Shown: positions 51,889-64,000 of the stretch, piece by piece
Position numbering within the stretch: the first letter of the stretch is position 1
How the letters are laid out: each line of letters begins with the position of its first letter
Assembly: GCF_018977255.1 (NCBI RefSeq)
Contig: NW_024704742.1
Span: 51,586,001-51,650,000, forward strand
Length of the DNA stretch: 64,000 nt
DNA from: Callorhinchus milii
Taxonomy: Eukaryota
Reading direction: 5' to 3'
Position numbers and translations under genes: made by a program
The notes under the pieces: generated by a model
What the model saw: the letters and a program-made list of their open reading frames with translations, nothing else
What the model was told of the DNA's origin: nothing
Database searches by the model: none

Positions 51889-52910
51889 GGTAAGCAGGAT
51901 GCATCCCTCCAAGGAGTGCATATTCCATTCCAACAATCTATCTCTGGGATTTCCATGTGTACAGAAACAATAACTTGGACTCTCACACAGTATCTCTAAG
52001 TGCTTAACAGTGGCAGAGCCTGATTCCGAACCGGGATGGGGGGGAATGAGGTTACCGTAAACACGGTCCAAGGGGAAGGTTTTCAGGTGGGACTTGAAAA
52101 AGGGGAAAGGGGTCAAGATGGAAGGATTGAGGGAGAGTGTTCCAGAGTTTCGGGGAGTCGTGGCTGAAAGCGAGATCACCAATAGTGGGGCGAAGGGTGC
52201 AAGGGATGAGCAGGAGACCGGTGCTAGTCAAGCAGAGGTGCCGGGTGATGGATTGGGGAGTGAGGATGTCGGAGAGGTAGGGAGGTGCCAGAGTGTGAAC
52301 ATTCAGTGATGGGGAGCAAGTGGAGCCTGGTCAGAACTGGTGAGATGTGGGTACGGAGTTTGGTCCGGGTCAGTATGTGGGCGGCAGAGTTCTGAATGAG
52401 CTGGATCTTTTGAATAGTGGAGCTGGGGAGACCGGCGAAGAGTGTGTTGGAGTAATCCAGGCGGAAGGCAAATTCATGCACGAGGGATTCGGCTGCATTT
52501 GGGGTAAGGTACAGTCGGAGGCTGTGGCGGAGGTGGAAGAAGGTGGTCCTCATCAAGGACAGGATGTGGGAGAGGGAGGACAGCTGGGGCTCGAACCAGA
52601 TGTTAAGATTGCGCACTGGTTCGGTGAGTCTGAGGGAGAGCCCAGGGAAGTTGAAGAGTTTAGATCCGCAGGAGTGAAGATGTTGACGGAAACCAAGGAG
52701 TATGTCTTATATCTTCTCCATATTGAGCCGGAGGAAGTTTACACACATCCAGGCCCTGATATCTGCCAGACAAGGTGATAGAACATCGGCGGACCTGGAG
52801 TTGTACTGGAGGTGGGATTCGGAGGTGGGATGCATGGAATTTTCAGCTTGGTTTGGATACTCTAAGCACCGTAATGGGTTTTCGCATGTGTCAAACACCT
52901 GGCTGACCAC
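51889..52910 (+). mobile_element. Family X copy 5 (5'-truncated; split by an L2 into 51889-51961 and 52823-52910)
   Basis: The junction ttccatgtgt|aggtgggatgc is contiguous in other copies and interrupted here. Confidence 0.75.
51965..52822 (-). mobile_element. L2 3' fragment
   Basis: ORFs RLDYSNTLFAGLPSSTIQKIQLIQNSAA and DIRAWMCVNFLRLN. Confidence 0.9.
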
Positions 52911-53449
52911 CCACCCCAAAACAAATTTGTGGAGCACTGCTGTATGCAAATTGGGTGCACTTTTCACATACAAAATAGAATCACTACACTTTACAGTAAA
53001 TCTTGAGGTGTTTTGAGACATCCTCTTGAATTGAAAGGTACTATATCAAATGCAAGGATTAATACTATGGCACAATCAGGGATACTGTCTTGAAGGAGCT
53101 ATTGAGACAAATTGTGAGTTGAATTATCTTTCGCAGAGATATGGTGTTAAACCCCAGGAATATTTCTGGTTCAGCTGTGGTTAGTAATTCACGAACACTG
53201 TATTTTTGCTCTTTTCAAATCCGTCAGCCTGTCCACCCATCCTAGTGGATAAGAGCAGTAAGATGCAACAGCGCAAATCAATTGAACTGCGTCAGTCAGG
53301 ATTCACTCATCTGTTTCAAAGACACACAAACAGCACCCAGTGAGACTCCAGTAAACTGGTGCGCAAAAATAATAAGCCACAGCACTTCAAACATCTGAGT
53401 AAATTGGATCAGGAGAAGACATTTCTGCACCACTTGTTTAATCTGAATT

Positions 53450-53747
53450 TAATAATAAGAATAATCTTTGCATTTTATATAGCTCCTTATTACGTTGTTG
53501 GGACATCTTAAAGCGCTTCACAGATTATATTGTGAAGTGGATTGACCTTGTATTTGTGGGCGAAACGTGCAGTCAATTGCTCATAGCAGTGACTCACAAA
53601 CAGGCGTATAACAAATTTTTTTTTGACAGGTTTATCACTCCCGGAAAGTGATCCGCCAATTGACTAACGACCGGGTGAAGGAAACTTGCCTAAGGTTTCG
53701 CCCCGTCCGGGAATTGAACCCAGGTCCTCTCGCTTGTACTAACCACC
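53450..53747 (-). mobile_element. tRNA-headed SINE (diverged)
   Basis: Tail, gaaacttgcctaaggtttcgccc core and B box. Confidence 0.8.
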
Positions 53748-54354
53748 AGAAATTTTCATAAAGGTGAAAGGATGTATTGTCCAAGAGTGGAATATTTCTG
53801 TGCCTTGTGTGATTCTGGATTCAGGGAAAGTTCCTGTTGTAATACCGATGACACGGGTATTATGGTCTGCCTGAGAGGAAAGATGTAAATTCTACCAGGA
53901 AATAATGCGAAAAAACTGTGCAACAGTCACAGCAGCTTAAACATCTTCCTGTATCAAAACAAAAACCTCAATAATACACGATGGCTAGATATAACACAAA
54001 AAGTTCTCTCTCCGAAGTACTGCATGAAGTTGGCTATGAGACCTCAACATGAACGAGAAAAGGCATCAGAGCAAAACCAGATACAGAGATACAGTACTCC
54101 ACCGCTGGTTCCACTTCTCTAAGACCAGGAAATAAAACCAACAAGATTGTTAGGGTAAAAAAGTACAATTTCAGTATTGTGAGGGACCCACGCAAGCAGA
54201 GTCTGAGTCTTTCTGCTAATTGTAAGGGTTAGCCCCAGTAGTTCAATTCCTTATAAGAAGCCTATGAGACTGTAGCACAAATCCAAATTGCTGTAAAATG
54301 AGAACATTTCGAGTTAGATGGTTTGTTGTTGCATAATAGGTTGAAACTATTGTT

Positions 54355-56300
54355 TGTCAGCCTAGCTCAGGTGGTAGCATTCTCACTTCTGTTTCAGAAA
54401 ATAATGAGTTCAAGGCTTGTATTGGGGACTTTGAAGTCATGTTCTCGACTGACACAGCATTAGGGAAAGTGACAAAGGATGAGACATTAAACCAAGCTCT
54501 CACCTGATTGTATGGGTAGATGGAGGTCCTCCTTTGAGTACCTTACCCTCTTCCATCCCTCCTCTTTCTCCCTCAAAATCCTTCTAGTTTACCCCCAAAC
54601 CTCCTGGCTTCTTCCTCACTGATATCTCCGCTCTCCTCTCATCCCTGTCCCTCTGCACTGAACACCTGCTCATAATGGGTGACTTCAACCTCCACCTAAA
54701 CTCCTATTGCACCATCTCCTCAGATTTCACCACCCTCCTCTCCTCTCTAAACCTCACCCTCCACATCAACTCACTGACCCAAAACTGTGGCCACACCCTC
54801 AACCTCATCGTCAAACATGGCCTTGACATTTCTAACCTGTGTATCACAGACAAGGCCATCTTGGACCATTTCCTCATCTCCTCCCACATCCCCCTCCCCT
54901 CTTCTAAACCAACATTATTTCCGCACCTGGAAAAAGCTTCCCCCTGAGTCCCTCACAAATGCCCTCTCTTCCTCAGACCTCCTCTCCCTCTGGCCCTCCA
55001 CCTGCAGCCATCAAGCTGCTGAATAACCATCTCTCCACAACCTTCAATTCCCTGGCTCCCCAGGGTTGTTTCCAAACCCACACAGTCCCACTTGTACAAC
55101 AGTTATCTCTGCTCACTCAAAACACGAACCCGGACACTCGAGCGCGGATGGCAGAAATCTGGCCTCACGATTTATCACCACCTGTGGCTCGAGCACCTCT
55201 GCACCTACTGCCTCTCCCTTTCACAAGGCCAAAACAGAGTTTTACTCCAAAGTCATCCTGGAGGGAAAGAACAATCCAAAGACTCTGTTTTCCACCGTCC
55301 ATCACCTCCTCCATGCACCCCTTCAAGCCCCCTCTATCCTCTTGTCAAACGCCAAGTGCGAAGAGGTCCTAAACTTCTTCGCCTCAAAAATTGAAAACAT
55401 CCGCTTGACTGCATCGTCCTCCCTCCCCCTCTGTACCCTTCCACCCCACCCAGACCATCCACCGCCTTCTCCCTCCGCCACGGCTCCTGCCACTCCCCCC
55501 TCCTTAGACTCCTTTGCCCCCATTTCTCCCTACTTCCTTGAGCATGCGTTTGTCACCTCCCACTTGGATTACTCCAACGCACTCTTCGCTGGTCTCCCCA
55601 GCTCCACTATTCAAAAGATTCAGCTCATTCAAAACTCTGCCGCCCGCATAGTGACCCGGACCAAATTCTGTACCCACATCTCACCGATTCTAGCCAGGCT
55701 CACTGGCTCCCCATCACCGAACAGATCAACTTCAAGATCCTCACTCTCGTGTTCAAATTCCTTCACTCCCTGGCAGCGACCTCTGCTCGACTGGCACCAG
55801 CCTCCTGCTCATCCCTTGCACCCTCCACTATCGGAGGTCGTGCTTTCAGCCACTACGCTCCAAAACTCTGGAACACTCTCTCTCAATCCTTCCACCTTGT
55901 CTCGTCTTTCCCCTCTTGCAAGTCCCACCTGAAAACTTTCTTCTTCGACTGTGCTTACAGTCACCTCCCCCTTCCCCCCGACTCGGAGTCAGGTTCTCCG
56001 CCACTGTTATTTGCTCTGAGACGCTATCCTGCGTGGAGGGCGCTACATAAGTGCAAGTTGTTGTAGATGTTAAAGAATCCATGACACTTTTTGAAAGGAA
56101 AAGAGAATTGCTCAAGGTGTCCTAGCTAACAGTTCTCCAGGTAAATCGGTCATTCAGATGCTGGGTGTTTGTAAGACATTGTTATACAAAAAATGGCTGC
56201 TGCATTCACCTTCAAATATAGTCACTACACTTAATAATAACTACTGTGATGCACTTTGAGACAGTGCAACTTAAAGTGCTATAACAAAGGCACAGATTAT
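54355..56300 (+). mobile_element. Deu-domain SINE interrupted by the L2 (54355-54522 and 56063-56300)
   Basis: Head tgtcagcctagctcaggtggtagc and gatgagacattaaacc; resumes gatgttaaagaatccatgacac. Confidence 0.72.
54523..56062 (+). mobile_element. L2 with endonuclease remnant and an internal deletion of the RT; flanked by GTAGATG duplication
   Basis: MGDFNLH...GHTLNL (APE-like), then a jump to HAFVTSHLDYSN. GTAGATG at 54516-22 and 56063-69. Confidence 0.92.
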
Positions 56301-59116
56301 TTTTTCAGAGATTTGCATTACAAATTCCTCTTCCAATTTACCAACGCATTTTATTTTAGGATTTAGGTAATTGGCTACTTGAATAATAATAATCCTTGCA
56401 TTTGATATAGTGCTTTATCATATCTTCGAGACATCTCAAAGCACTTCAGGAAGCAAGGAAAGCTTGCATCAAGATAACTAAAGCATTCCAATAAAAATCA
56501 TTTACATATGAATTACCTGTGTCAAGATACTTCCTAGACTTAAAGCAGCTGAAACTACACTCATTCCAAAAAAAAATAAAAAAAAACTTTGGCAATCCAT
56601 GGCAGCATCCATTAGAACAAAACTCTTCTTAATTCCATTTCTACAATTCAGTCTGGGGTCAGCTTGGCTCAATTCATAGCACTCTCCCCTTTGGAGTCAA
56701 ACATTTGTGGATTTGCCTCCAAATACAGTCACTACATTTCACAGTAAATACTTTGGAGTGCTTCAAGTTATTTTGACATTGTGATATGGCACTCTTATCA
56801 ACTGCAAAGATTATTATAAATCTGTGCTGGGACATGAAATTGTCCGTCTCACCATGTCTAGCTACTCTCAAAATAGAAAACATATTTATAGAAATTCATC
56901 CCAATTCTTTCAGGAAATGGTGAGTGGCACTGCTCTTATTCTCTTATTCTTAACAGCAATAAGATTCTATAAAATATGTTGCATAGCAGGAGTGAGTAGT
57001 ACACCCCGACTTCCTCCCCCAAACATCAGAGGGAGACTTATCAGTCAGCTTCAGTAGCAGATTGTTATTGTTCAGAAATAAGTCATTCAGCCCATCAAGT
57101 CTGTACTGGTATCTTACTCCACGTGAGCCAATCCAATTCCACTATCCTGCAGTGTCACCAGACCATTCAGTATTCAAGTGTCTATTTAATTCCCTTATAA
57201 AAGAACTGGAACTTAAAGAACCCTACTTCAACAAATCCATTTCACAGTACTCAGCAGTGATATTTCAACATGCCCAATCAACCTGGTGAGATCTTTAAAT
57301 AAATTCTTAATAAATCTAAGGCACTGTCTGGGATAAATCTGAAGCTAAACTTTGCATCCTAGGGCAGTTTAATTTAATTCACATACACAATTTGTGGCAG
57401 AGAGTTATTCATTCCAAATGCTCAGTTAGAACAAAGATAAAGTATACTTTCTGGCTCTGGTGATAGGTGGTTTAGGAACAAGAGCTATTGCCCTCTCAGC
57501 CATAGATGGTGTGTGGCATGGGGTGGGTGGGGGGGGGAAATGGGTTGCCCTAACAAAGAAATAGAAAGCATTTTTCACTTCTATAGTGATTACTTCAAGG
57601 AAGGCCTATTTCATCTGGCAATTACAATTCTAGTCTTGCTTAGTTAAACACAAATTCATAGTACCTTCCAGACATATCATATTTCCCCAAATCATTGCTG
57701 TAATCAAATTATTTTTGATGAAAAAAAATTACTTTGTTCTTACCGTAAAATGTGCATCAAAGCTGAACTAGATCGGCAGTGGTGCTTAGCAATATAAACA
57801 GAAAGCTGGTCCATTCATTTCCACCCACATAGATCTGGTTGTTGAGCACAGATTACAAGCAGCATCAATCACACCTGCCATGTATGTAAATCTGAGTTTT
57901 ATTATTCTATATTAACATCCCTTGAAAACTAAACAACCTTTTTAGTAGATACTTCAATGGAAAAAATGTGTTCCAGAAAAAGAAATACAAATTCTGAGGT
58001 CATTATTGCTCTCATGTGAAAAAGAAAGGAACAAAATATAAATAGAAGAGCAATCCTTTTAAACTGTGACTCATTCATTCATTTATGGAAACGTTTATCT
58101 TAGATATACGACGATCCATTCATTTTCTGAATTGTGCATATTTATAGTAAGCGTTTTTCAATGGAGTCACAGAGTTCATGGGGATTTATTTTGTGAAGTT
58201 CTAAAAGATTAGCACTTCGATTCAAGTATTTGTAGCAATGATTTTGTTTTTGTCCTCCTCTCTCAACAGCATAACCTCAACAAAATGGTATATGTGCAAT
58301 CTGCTCGAGGCCTCTGCTAATCCTACATTGTATTCAAGTGTAATAAGTAAGTTTAACAAATGTTCAAGTAAGCGCTCTGTGACACTACCCTGCGTGGAGG
58401 GTGCTATATAAGTGCAAGTTTTTGTTGTCGTTGTAATAACGAATCCAGGTAAATTATGATTAGATTTTCCCTCCCAATGGAATTGAAAGTATATGCTTCG
58501 GATACCACTACTGTTTACTGTTAAAGTCCCTTCACAATATGCCAAAATGTAGATTTTTGTACATTCATCAAACCAATCAAGTGTTGAATGTTTTTTTGAG
58601 AAGATTTACTCATATCTATCTTTCTTCCCGTGCCCCCAAGCTGCTGCACTACCACATATGTACTAACGATGAGAGTAAGATGGGCATTGACTTACTCCCA
58701 AGTCGGTTGAGGGTATGTTCAGCAGAAAGCAGGAGTTAAAAAATATTAAAAACTCAGCAATAAAAAAATGTCTTTGTGAACCAGTCACCTCTGATCTTCT
58801 CTCCCTCTAAGTAATTCTTAGGCATTCACCTGGCACCTCCCCATAGCAACATGGCCAAGATCAAAAGCAACCCAGCAGGGTGCAACATCTAACCTTTATT
58901 CCACCATTCCACATTATTGTGCAGTGATGCTCCAACAAACCCAGTCACCCTAATAAGTTCTTTGACTGCTTTTCCTTTTTTTAAAAGAAAATAAATGTAA
59001 GGCACTGTCCAGGATAAAACTAAACATTGTATTATACAGTAATATAGCATAATCTCTATTGGGCTTTACATGCACATGTGTGTGTTTATGGCTTATTCTT
59101 TCATGTCCCCGCCATA

Positions 59117-59602
59117 CAACAACAACTTGCATTTATATAACGCCCCTCACGCAGGGTAGTGACTGAGAGTGCTTGACTGTACAGAGCATGACGCCAAGCT
59201 GGAGTTATAGTGGGGGCACCATCGAAGAGGAAGATGGGGTTTGCAAGCGTGACCTGAAGATGGGGAACGGGTGAACAAGGCGGAGGGATTGAGGGAGAGA
59301 GTTCCAGAGTTTCGGGTTTAGTGGCTGAAAGCATGGCCGCTATTGGTGGAATGGAGAGAACAAGGAAACAAGGGACGAGCAGAAGGACGGAGGCAGTCGA
59401 GTGAAAGAAACAGGTAGTGGAAGCAGGCCAGAGAGGTAGAGAGGTGCCAGGACATGAAGAGATTTGAAGAGGAGTGTGAGGATCTTGAAATCAATTTGAT
59501 CGATGATAGGGAGCAAGTGGAATCTGGCAAGAACTGGTGTGATAGGGTTACGGAGTTTTGTGCGGGTGAGTGTGCAGGTGGCGGAGTTCTGGATTTTGTG
59601 CA
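59117..59602 (-). mobile_element. L2 3' fragment
   Basis: ORF IQNSATCTLTRTK...ITPVLARFHLLPI...FKIL and a (TTG)n tail. Confidence 0.88.
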
Positions 59603-59766
59603 CATTTTTATTTCCATCAGCTATTACTTCCTCAACAACTCATACTGAGGAGAGGGTTTATCATGCAACCAAGCTTTACTGTTGGCTACATCGTAAGCTG
59701 AACTCCTCAATACTCCTTTGCACCTATTCAAGGCGCCTATTATAAGCCATGAATAAACTTCACATT

Positions 59767-60060
59767 ATAATAATAATAATAATAATCCTTGCATTTGATA
59801 TAGCGCTTTTCACGTCAGGAGGACGTCCCAAAGCGCTTCACAGAACACACTGTAAAGTGAATTGACTGTATATTTGTGGGCAAACGCGGCAGCCAATTGC
59901 GCACAGCAATGTCCCACAAACAGTCGTAGATTGAAAATGACCAATTTATTATTGTTTTTGGTTTTGGAGGGATTATTATTAGGCTCTGTGTGGAGTAAGG
60001 AAACTTGCCCAAGGTTTCGCCCTGTGCCTGAAATTGAACTCAGGTCTCTCACTTGCAAAG
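59767..60060 (-). mobile_element. Young tRNA-headed SINE (5' end clipped)
   Basis: Near-identical to 10725-11041. Confidence 0.93.
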
Positions 60061-61083
60061 CATTGACTAAAGTTGGTAAATTAACCTCCTAACAGTGTCA
60101 ATAAAAAATAAATCATTCTACCATTTAAACCAATTCCAAAAAAGGAAACAAGTTGTTATCTTCAATTTTGCCAACAAATAGTCCACACTATTCTAGAGGC
60201 TTGAACACACACATCATTCTTAGTACAGTCATGATAAGCTTCAAAATAAAGCAGAAAAAGTACAACACTCATCATGGTGAGCATGCATATTGGCAGAAAA
60301 ATAAACTTTGAATAAGCCGAATAGGCATTTAGTCCCACATCAACATGTTGCGGCAAGATACAGCACACTTAACCAGGAAATAGTGCAACTTTGCATCCAA
60401 CTTTCAAGCCAATTATTCTTGAGCCCATTTTAATAAAGGCTACAGCAACATATTAACTGGCTACCAAGACTTAACCCCTCAAAAGACAAATTGGCTAAGG
60501 TTATAAAAATTATGACATTTTGCAAGCCCCTCCCCACGCCCGCACACATTTTCTCCCAGTTGCCCAGTGGGGGCTCCTACTGGGATACTGATCCACAAGT
60601 GACAGATATTTCGGGAAAAATCTCCCAAAAGGTTAACCTATGTGAGTGTTGCAAGCTACTTAACATGAAGGGCATCACAGTCGACCTTGATCCTTCTCAG
60701 GCCCTATATTCGCAGACACACACACCTTTCCATCAAAGATCACCACGTAATGATCTGTACCTTATTTGTTTCCCCAGCAGTAGCTGAGGGCTGCTAAGGT
60801 TAATGACAATGACCTAATTGTTTCCCCAGATGAGATCATTTAACTCAGCACAGATTCAAACCTGCCACGTGCCAGTCTGTACATTCTTCAGCCACAAGTC
60901 CAATGATAGCGAATATGTGACATATACAGATATTTCTACTGGTATATGGAAGACACAACTTCCAGGCTCACACATTGAGCAAGAGTCAGCCTGCCAGTCA
61001 GTCGTGATCTGCCATGATCAGTACTTTTCTTAATACCATGTGGTCCTATTTGTTTTGGGAAGTCATCATCAAGCTCATGATTT

Positions 61084-61198
61084 ACAAATATACAGTCAAT
61101 TCACTTTACAGTGTGTTCTGTGAAGCGCTTTGGGACGTCCTCCCGACGTGAAAAGCGCTATATCAAATGCAAGGATTATTATTATTATTATTATTATT
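61084..61198 (+). mobile_element. 5'-truncated young SINE (3' part only)
   Basis: One mismatch to the reverse complement of 59767-59878; long (TTA)n. Confidence 0.9.
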
Positions 61199-61354
61199 GA
61201 AAAGTGCACTTGCAAAAAAAAAATCACAGTACCAGTCTGGCAGAGAGCATTGAGTTTACTTTGTCCAACATGTGTTATGCGAGCTTTAAAAGATTCCTAT
61301 TATTGTGGCAATGGGGAATATAAGTGCAACATTTTTAAATACAAAATTACCATA

Positions 61355-61547
61355 GCTTGCCATACTTTCCGGAATTAGGTGAGCAGGATGTGTCCTTCCA
61401 GGGAGAGACTGTGCATTCCATTCTAACAATCTACCTCTGCGATTTCCATGTGTAGGTGGGATGCATGGAAATCTCAGCTTGGTTTGGATACTCATAAGCT
61501 TGGTGATGGGTTTATGCATGTGTCAGATACCCAACTGACAAAAAAAA
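61355..61547 (+). mobile_element. Family X copy 6 (5'-truncated)
   Basis: 3' ~190 bp only; ends tgtcagatacccaactgacaaaaaaaa. Confidence 0.8.
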
Positions 61548-63384
61548 TCCTGATGTAAACCTACATATAATCAGGCACCAAAATCTTACTATGCATTCCA
61601 AATATATCTTGTATGGCTCTAGATGCTGTAACATAATGTTGGATGGATGATTTGAAATTATATTAAAAGGACAAAGGCAAGAGAGAGGATTATTAAACTG
61701 TTTATTTTAAAACTACTATGCAATCGAATGAAGCTTGATGCTGTGATGAACGTACAATCAGGCAAGTATTCTGGAAGAAGATCAAATGAGCCAAACGGTC
61801 TTCTTCATCCAAACTACTATTGTGATTTTGTGAATATACTGTATTTTAAAAAGAGAAGAGTTGCTCGTGCCATCTGACGGATATTGAAAGAAATTCCTTT
61901 CTCTTATCTGGACATTTCTTCCAATAAAACAATCACTCATTCCAAAGCGTGTTTGTGGAACTTCATTGTGCGCAGACTAACTGCCTCAATGCCTACAAAT
62001 AAAGTCTATTGACAGAAGTTCCACGTGATGTCCTTTGGACGTTTTGATCCCATCAAATGTGAAGAATATTATTGCGAAAAAACAGAAGTAAATGAAGTTC
62101 TACACTTGCATAGATGATCCCCATATCTCACTAAAACTATACATCTAGCTCTGAGATCATTATCTAGTACTAGCTGCAACCATTGCAGCTTCGCTTGCAA
62201 GCAAAGGATCCAATATGGAATGTAGATTGACACACAGACAGACATTTTGTCTTTATTTATATTCATCTGGGAGGACTCCTGTGGGAGAATTCCTTTTGGA
62301 GGGATTCACTTGGAAGACTCAGCGCTTTAAAAATATAATTTTGTTGCTGTTACCGCAACTTAGCTTCGTCTGTGTTATTTTGTTCCCGTCGCTTGGCTAC
62401 GTGCATGCTCTGTGAGGCAGCATGCCACAATGCCATGGCCAGTTTGTGCAACTATCAGGTGTAACTGCAGTGCGTACGTACATACGTAGGTGCTTTGTGA
62501 CACATGATGCCACAGTACTACTTTGACTTAGCAGCCACCAGGTGTAACTGCAGTGAAAAATACAAAACCGAAAATAACTCATGAAGGATGGGAGATATTC
62601 AAATATGCCCATGTCACTCCCAGTTCCAAGACTTTTTCATGAGATATAAATCATGTCTCTATGTCAATCGGTTATTGAGAACCTTCTTGAAGTACAGACA
62701 GACATTGGTATAGAAGGTGAGTTTGGTATGGCTGAGTGAAAACTCTGCATGTAGACATATTACAGAGGATACCCAGAATTCCCTCCTTTTGAGAGATAAC
62801 ATTTGTGTGCTTGTGTAAAGGCATTCCTCAATTGCATTCCTCAGCTGCAGGTACTAGAATATAGGTGACCAGGCATATTTTGCCTGATAGCTTCAAATGA
62901 GTGGAGATGATGCATTCACAATAGAAAATACCCAGAAGTGAATACTGTATTGGATATCTTACTTTATTTTTAAAAATCTGTGATCACTATTTCTCTTGAA
63001 ATTAAAATCTACATCTCTGTTTCTCTTCCCTCCACCTCCATTCAGAAAATACACCCATGCATTCAGGAAGAAGTGATAAAAACACCATTTGTACTGGAAA
63101 ATAACTGAATGGTCAGAAGAGGTTGACTAAAGTGAAGATAATTCGGTTTTACCTCCAAAACAAGGCTATGGTACATCAGCAATGGAAACAGACAAGAAGT
63201 GGAAGTAGACAGGTAGCATGATCTCCAAAGCTTGGGATCTTTCAGCGTTTAAATACAAAAGAGTATAATTGATCTGTAATCTATTTATGTTTAAATAAGC
63301 CATATACTTGTGAAATGCATGTTCATGATCTCTTTCGTATCACACCATCTCAAAAAATTGAGAAAAATCTACCACAACCTATAT

Positions 63385-63705
63385 AATAATAAATAATATT
63401 CTTTGCATTTGATATAGCACTTTTCACATCTTCTAGACGTCGCAAAGCACTTTACAGAATATCCTGTAAAGTGAATTGACCATATATTTGTGGGTAAAAT
63501 ATGGGCACAAATACACAAGCCAATTGCGCACAGCAGTGTCCCACAAACAGTTGTGGATTGAAGTGACAGTTTATTATTTTCTTTCTTGAGGGATTATTAT
63601 CAGGCATGTGGAGTAAGGAAACTTGCCCACGGTTTAACTCTGCCGGGTGTCGAACCCAGGTCTTTTGCTTTTGAGGCGAGTGCTCTAACCATTGAGCTAC
63701 AGGAC
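63385..63705 (-). mobile_element. Full-length tRNA-headed SINE
   Basis: Head, core and tail as at 43750-44066. Confidence 0.9.
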
Positions 63706-64000
63706 ACCACAACCTAACCATGATATGTCATTTCAATGAACCCACAGCACTGCTTAAAGTCAGAAATAAATCTGATTACAGATTTTTCATTCATGGTAAT
63801 GCATTATTAATCATTTTCTAATGACAATTATAAACTACAAAAAAATTGTAAAATAGCAAAAGGTGTTTTGCATTTTTTTTTAAAAAAACTAACGCTGTTT
63901 GCTTGAGGTTTTGTTTTTAATACAGCAACTGGGTTTTTTTTTGGCTGTTATTCAAATTAACTCAACTCCTATTCCAATGAGTGTTGGAGAGAGTTCAAAC

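Larger units (their letters stand above)
51603..53063 (+). mobile_element. Deu-domain SINE split by nested insertions (5' part 51603-51880, 3' part 52925-53063)
   Basis: Deu-like gtgctgcattgtc...gaatgagacgttaaactggggccctgtctgcc...ggcactat; the tail resumes after family X. Confidence 0.72.

Noticed and set aside
62750..62800. Possible USP46 coding exon 1 (reverse strand reads ...CTC TGT AAT ATG, like the expected ...ICNM)
   Set aside because: No GT donor follows the ATG, the upstream codons do not match MTVRNIAS, and there is no CpG island. Exon 1 is probably outside the window.

Overview
Vertebrate genomic DNA. The repeat content (CR1, L2, Deu-domain SINEs, a tRNA-Ala-headed SINE, Penelope-type remnants) suggests a cartilaginous fish; this is inference. 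The only host gene I can support is USP46 (deubiquitinase) on the minus strand. Coding exons 2-9 lie at 43089..29395, all GT-AG, and splice into an intact frame with the Cys/His/Asp triad. Coding exon 1 and the promoter were not found and probably lie beyond 64000. A nearly repeat-free stretch of about 8.4 kb (about 21.0-29.4 kb) follows the stop codon and looks like a long 3'UTR. The rest is intronic or intergenic and rich in retroelements, with several nested insertions. I see no clearly new protein-coding system. The most interesting observations are an unclassified, hairpin-rich, poly(A)-ended repeat family (6 copies), a decayed hammerhead-like hairpin in the putative 3'UTR, a shared SINE/L2 3' stem-loop, and inverted repeats bracketing exons. 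Exon coordinates were read base by base; repeat boundaries are approximate. Family names and orthologue comparisons are from memory, not database searches.
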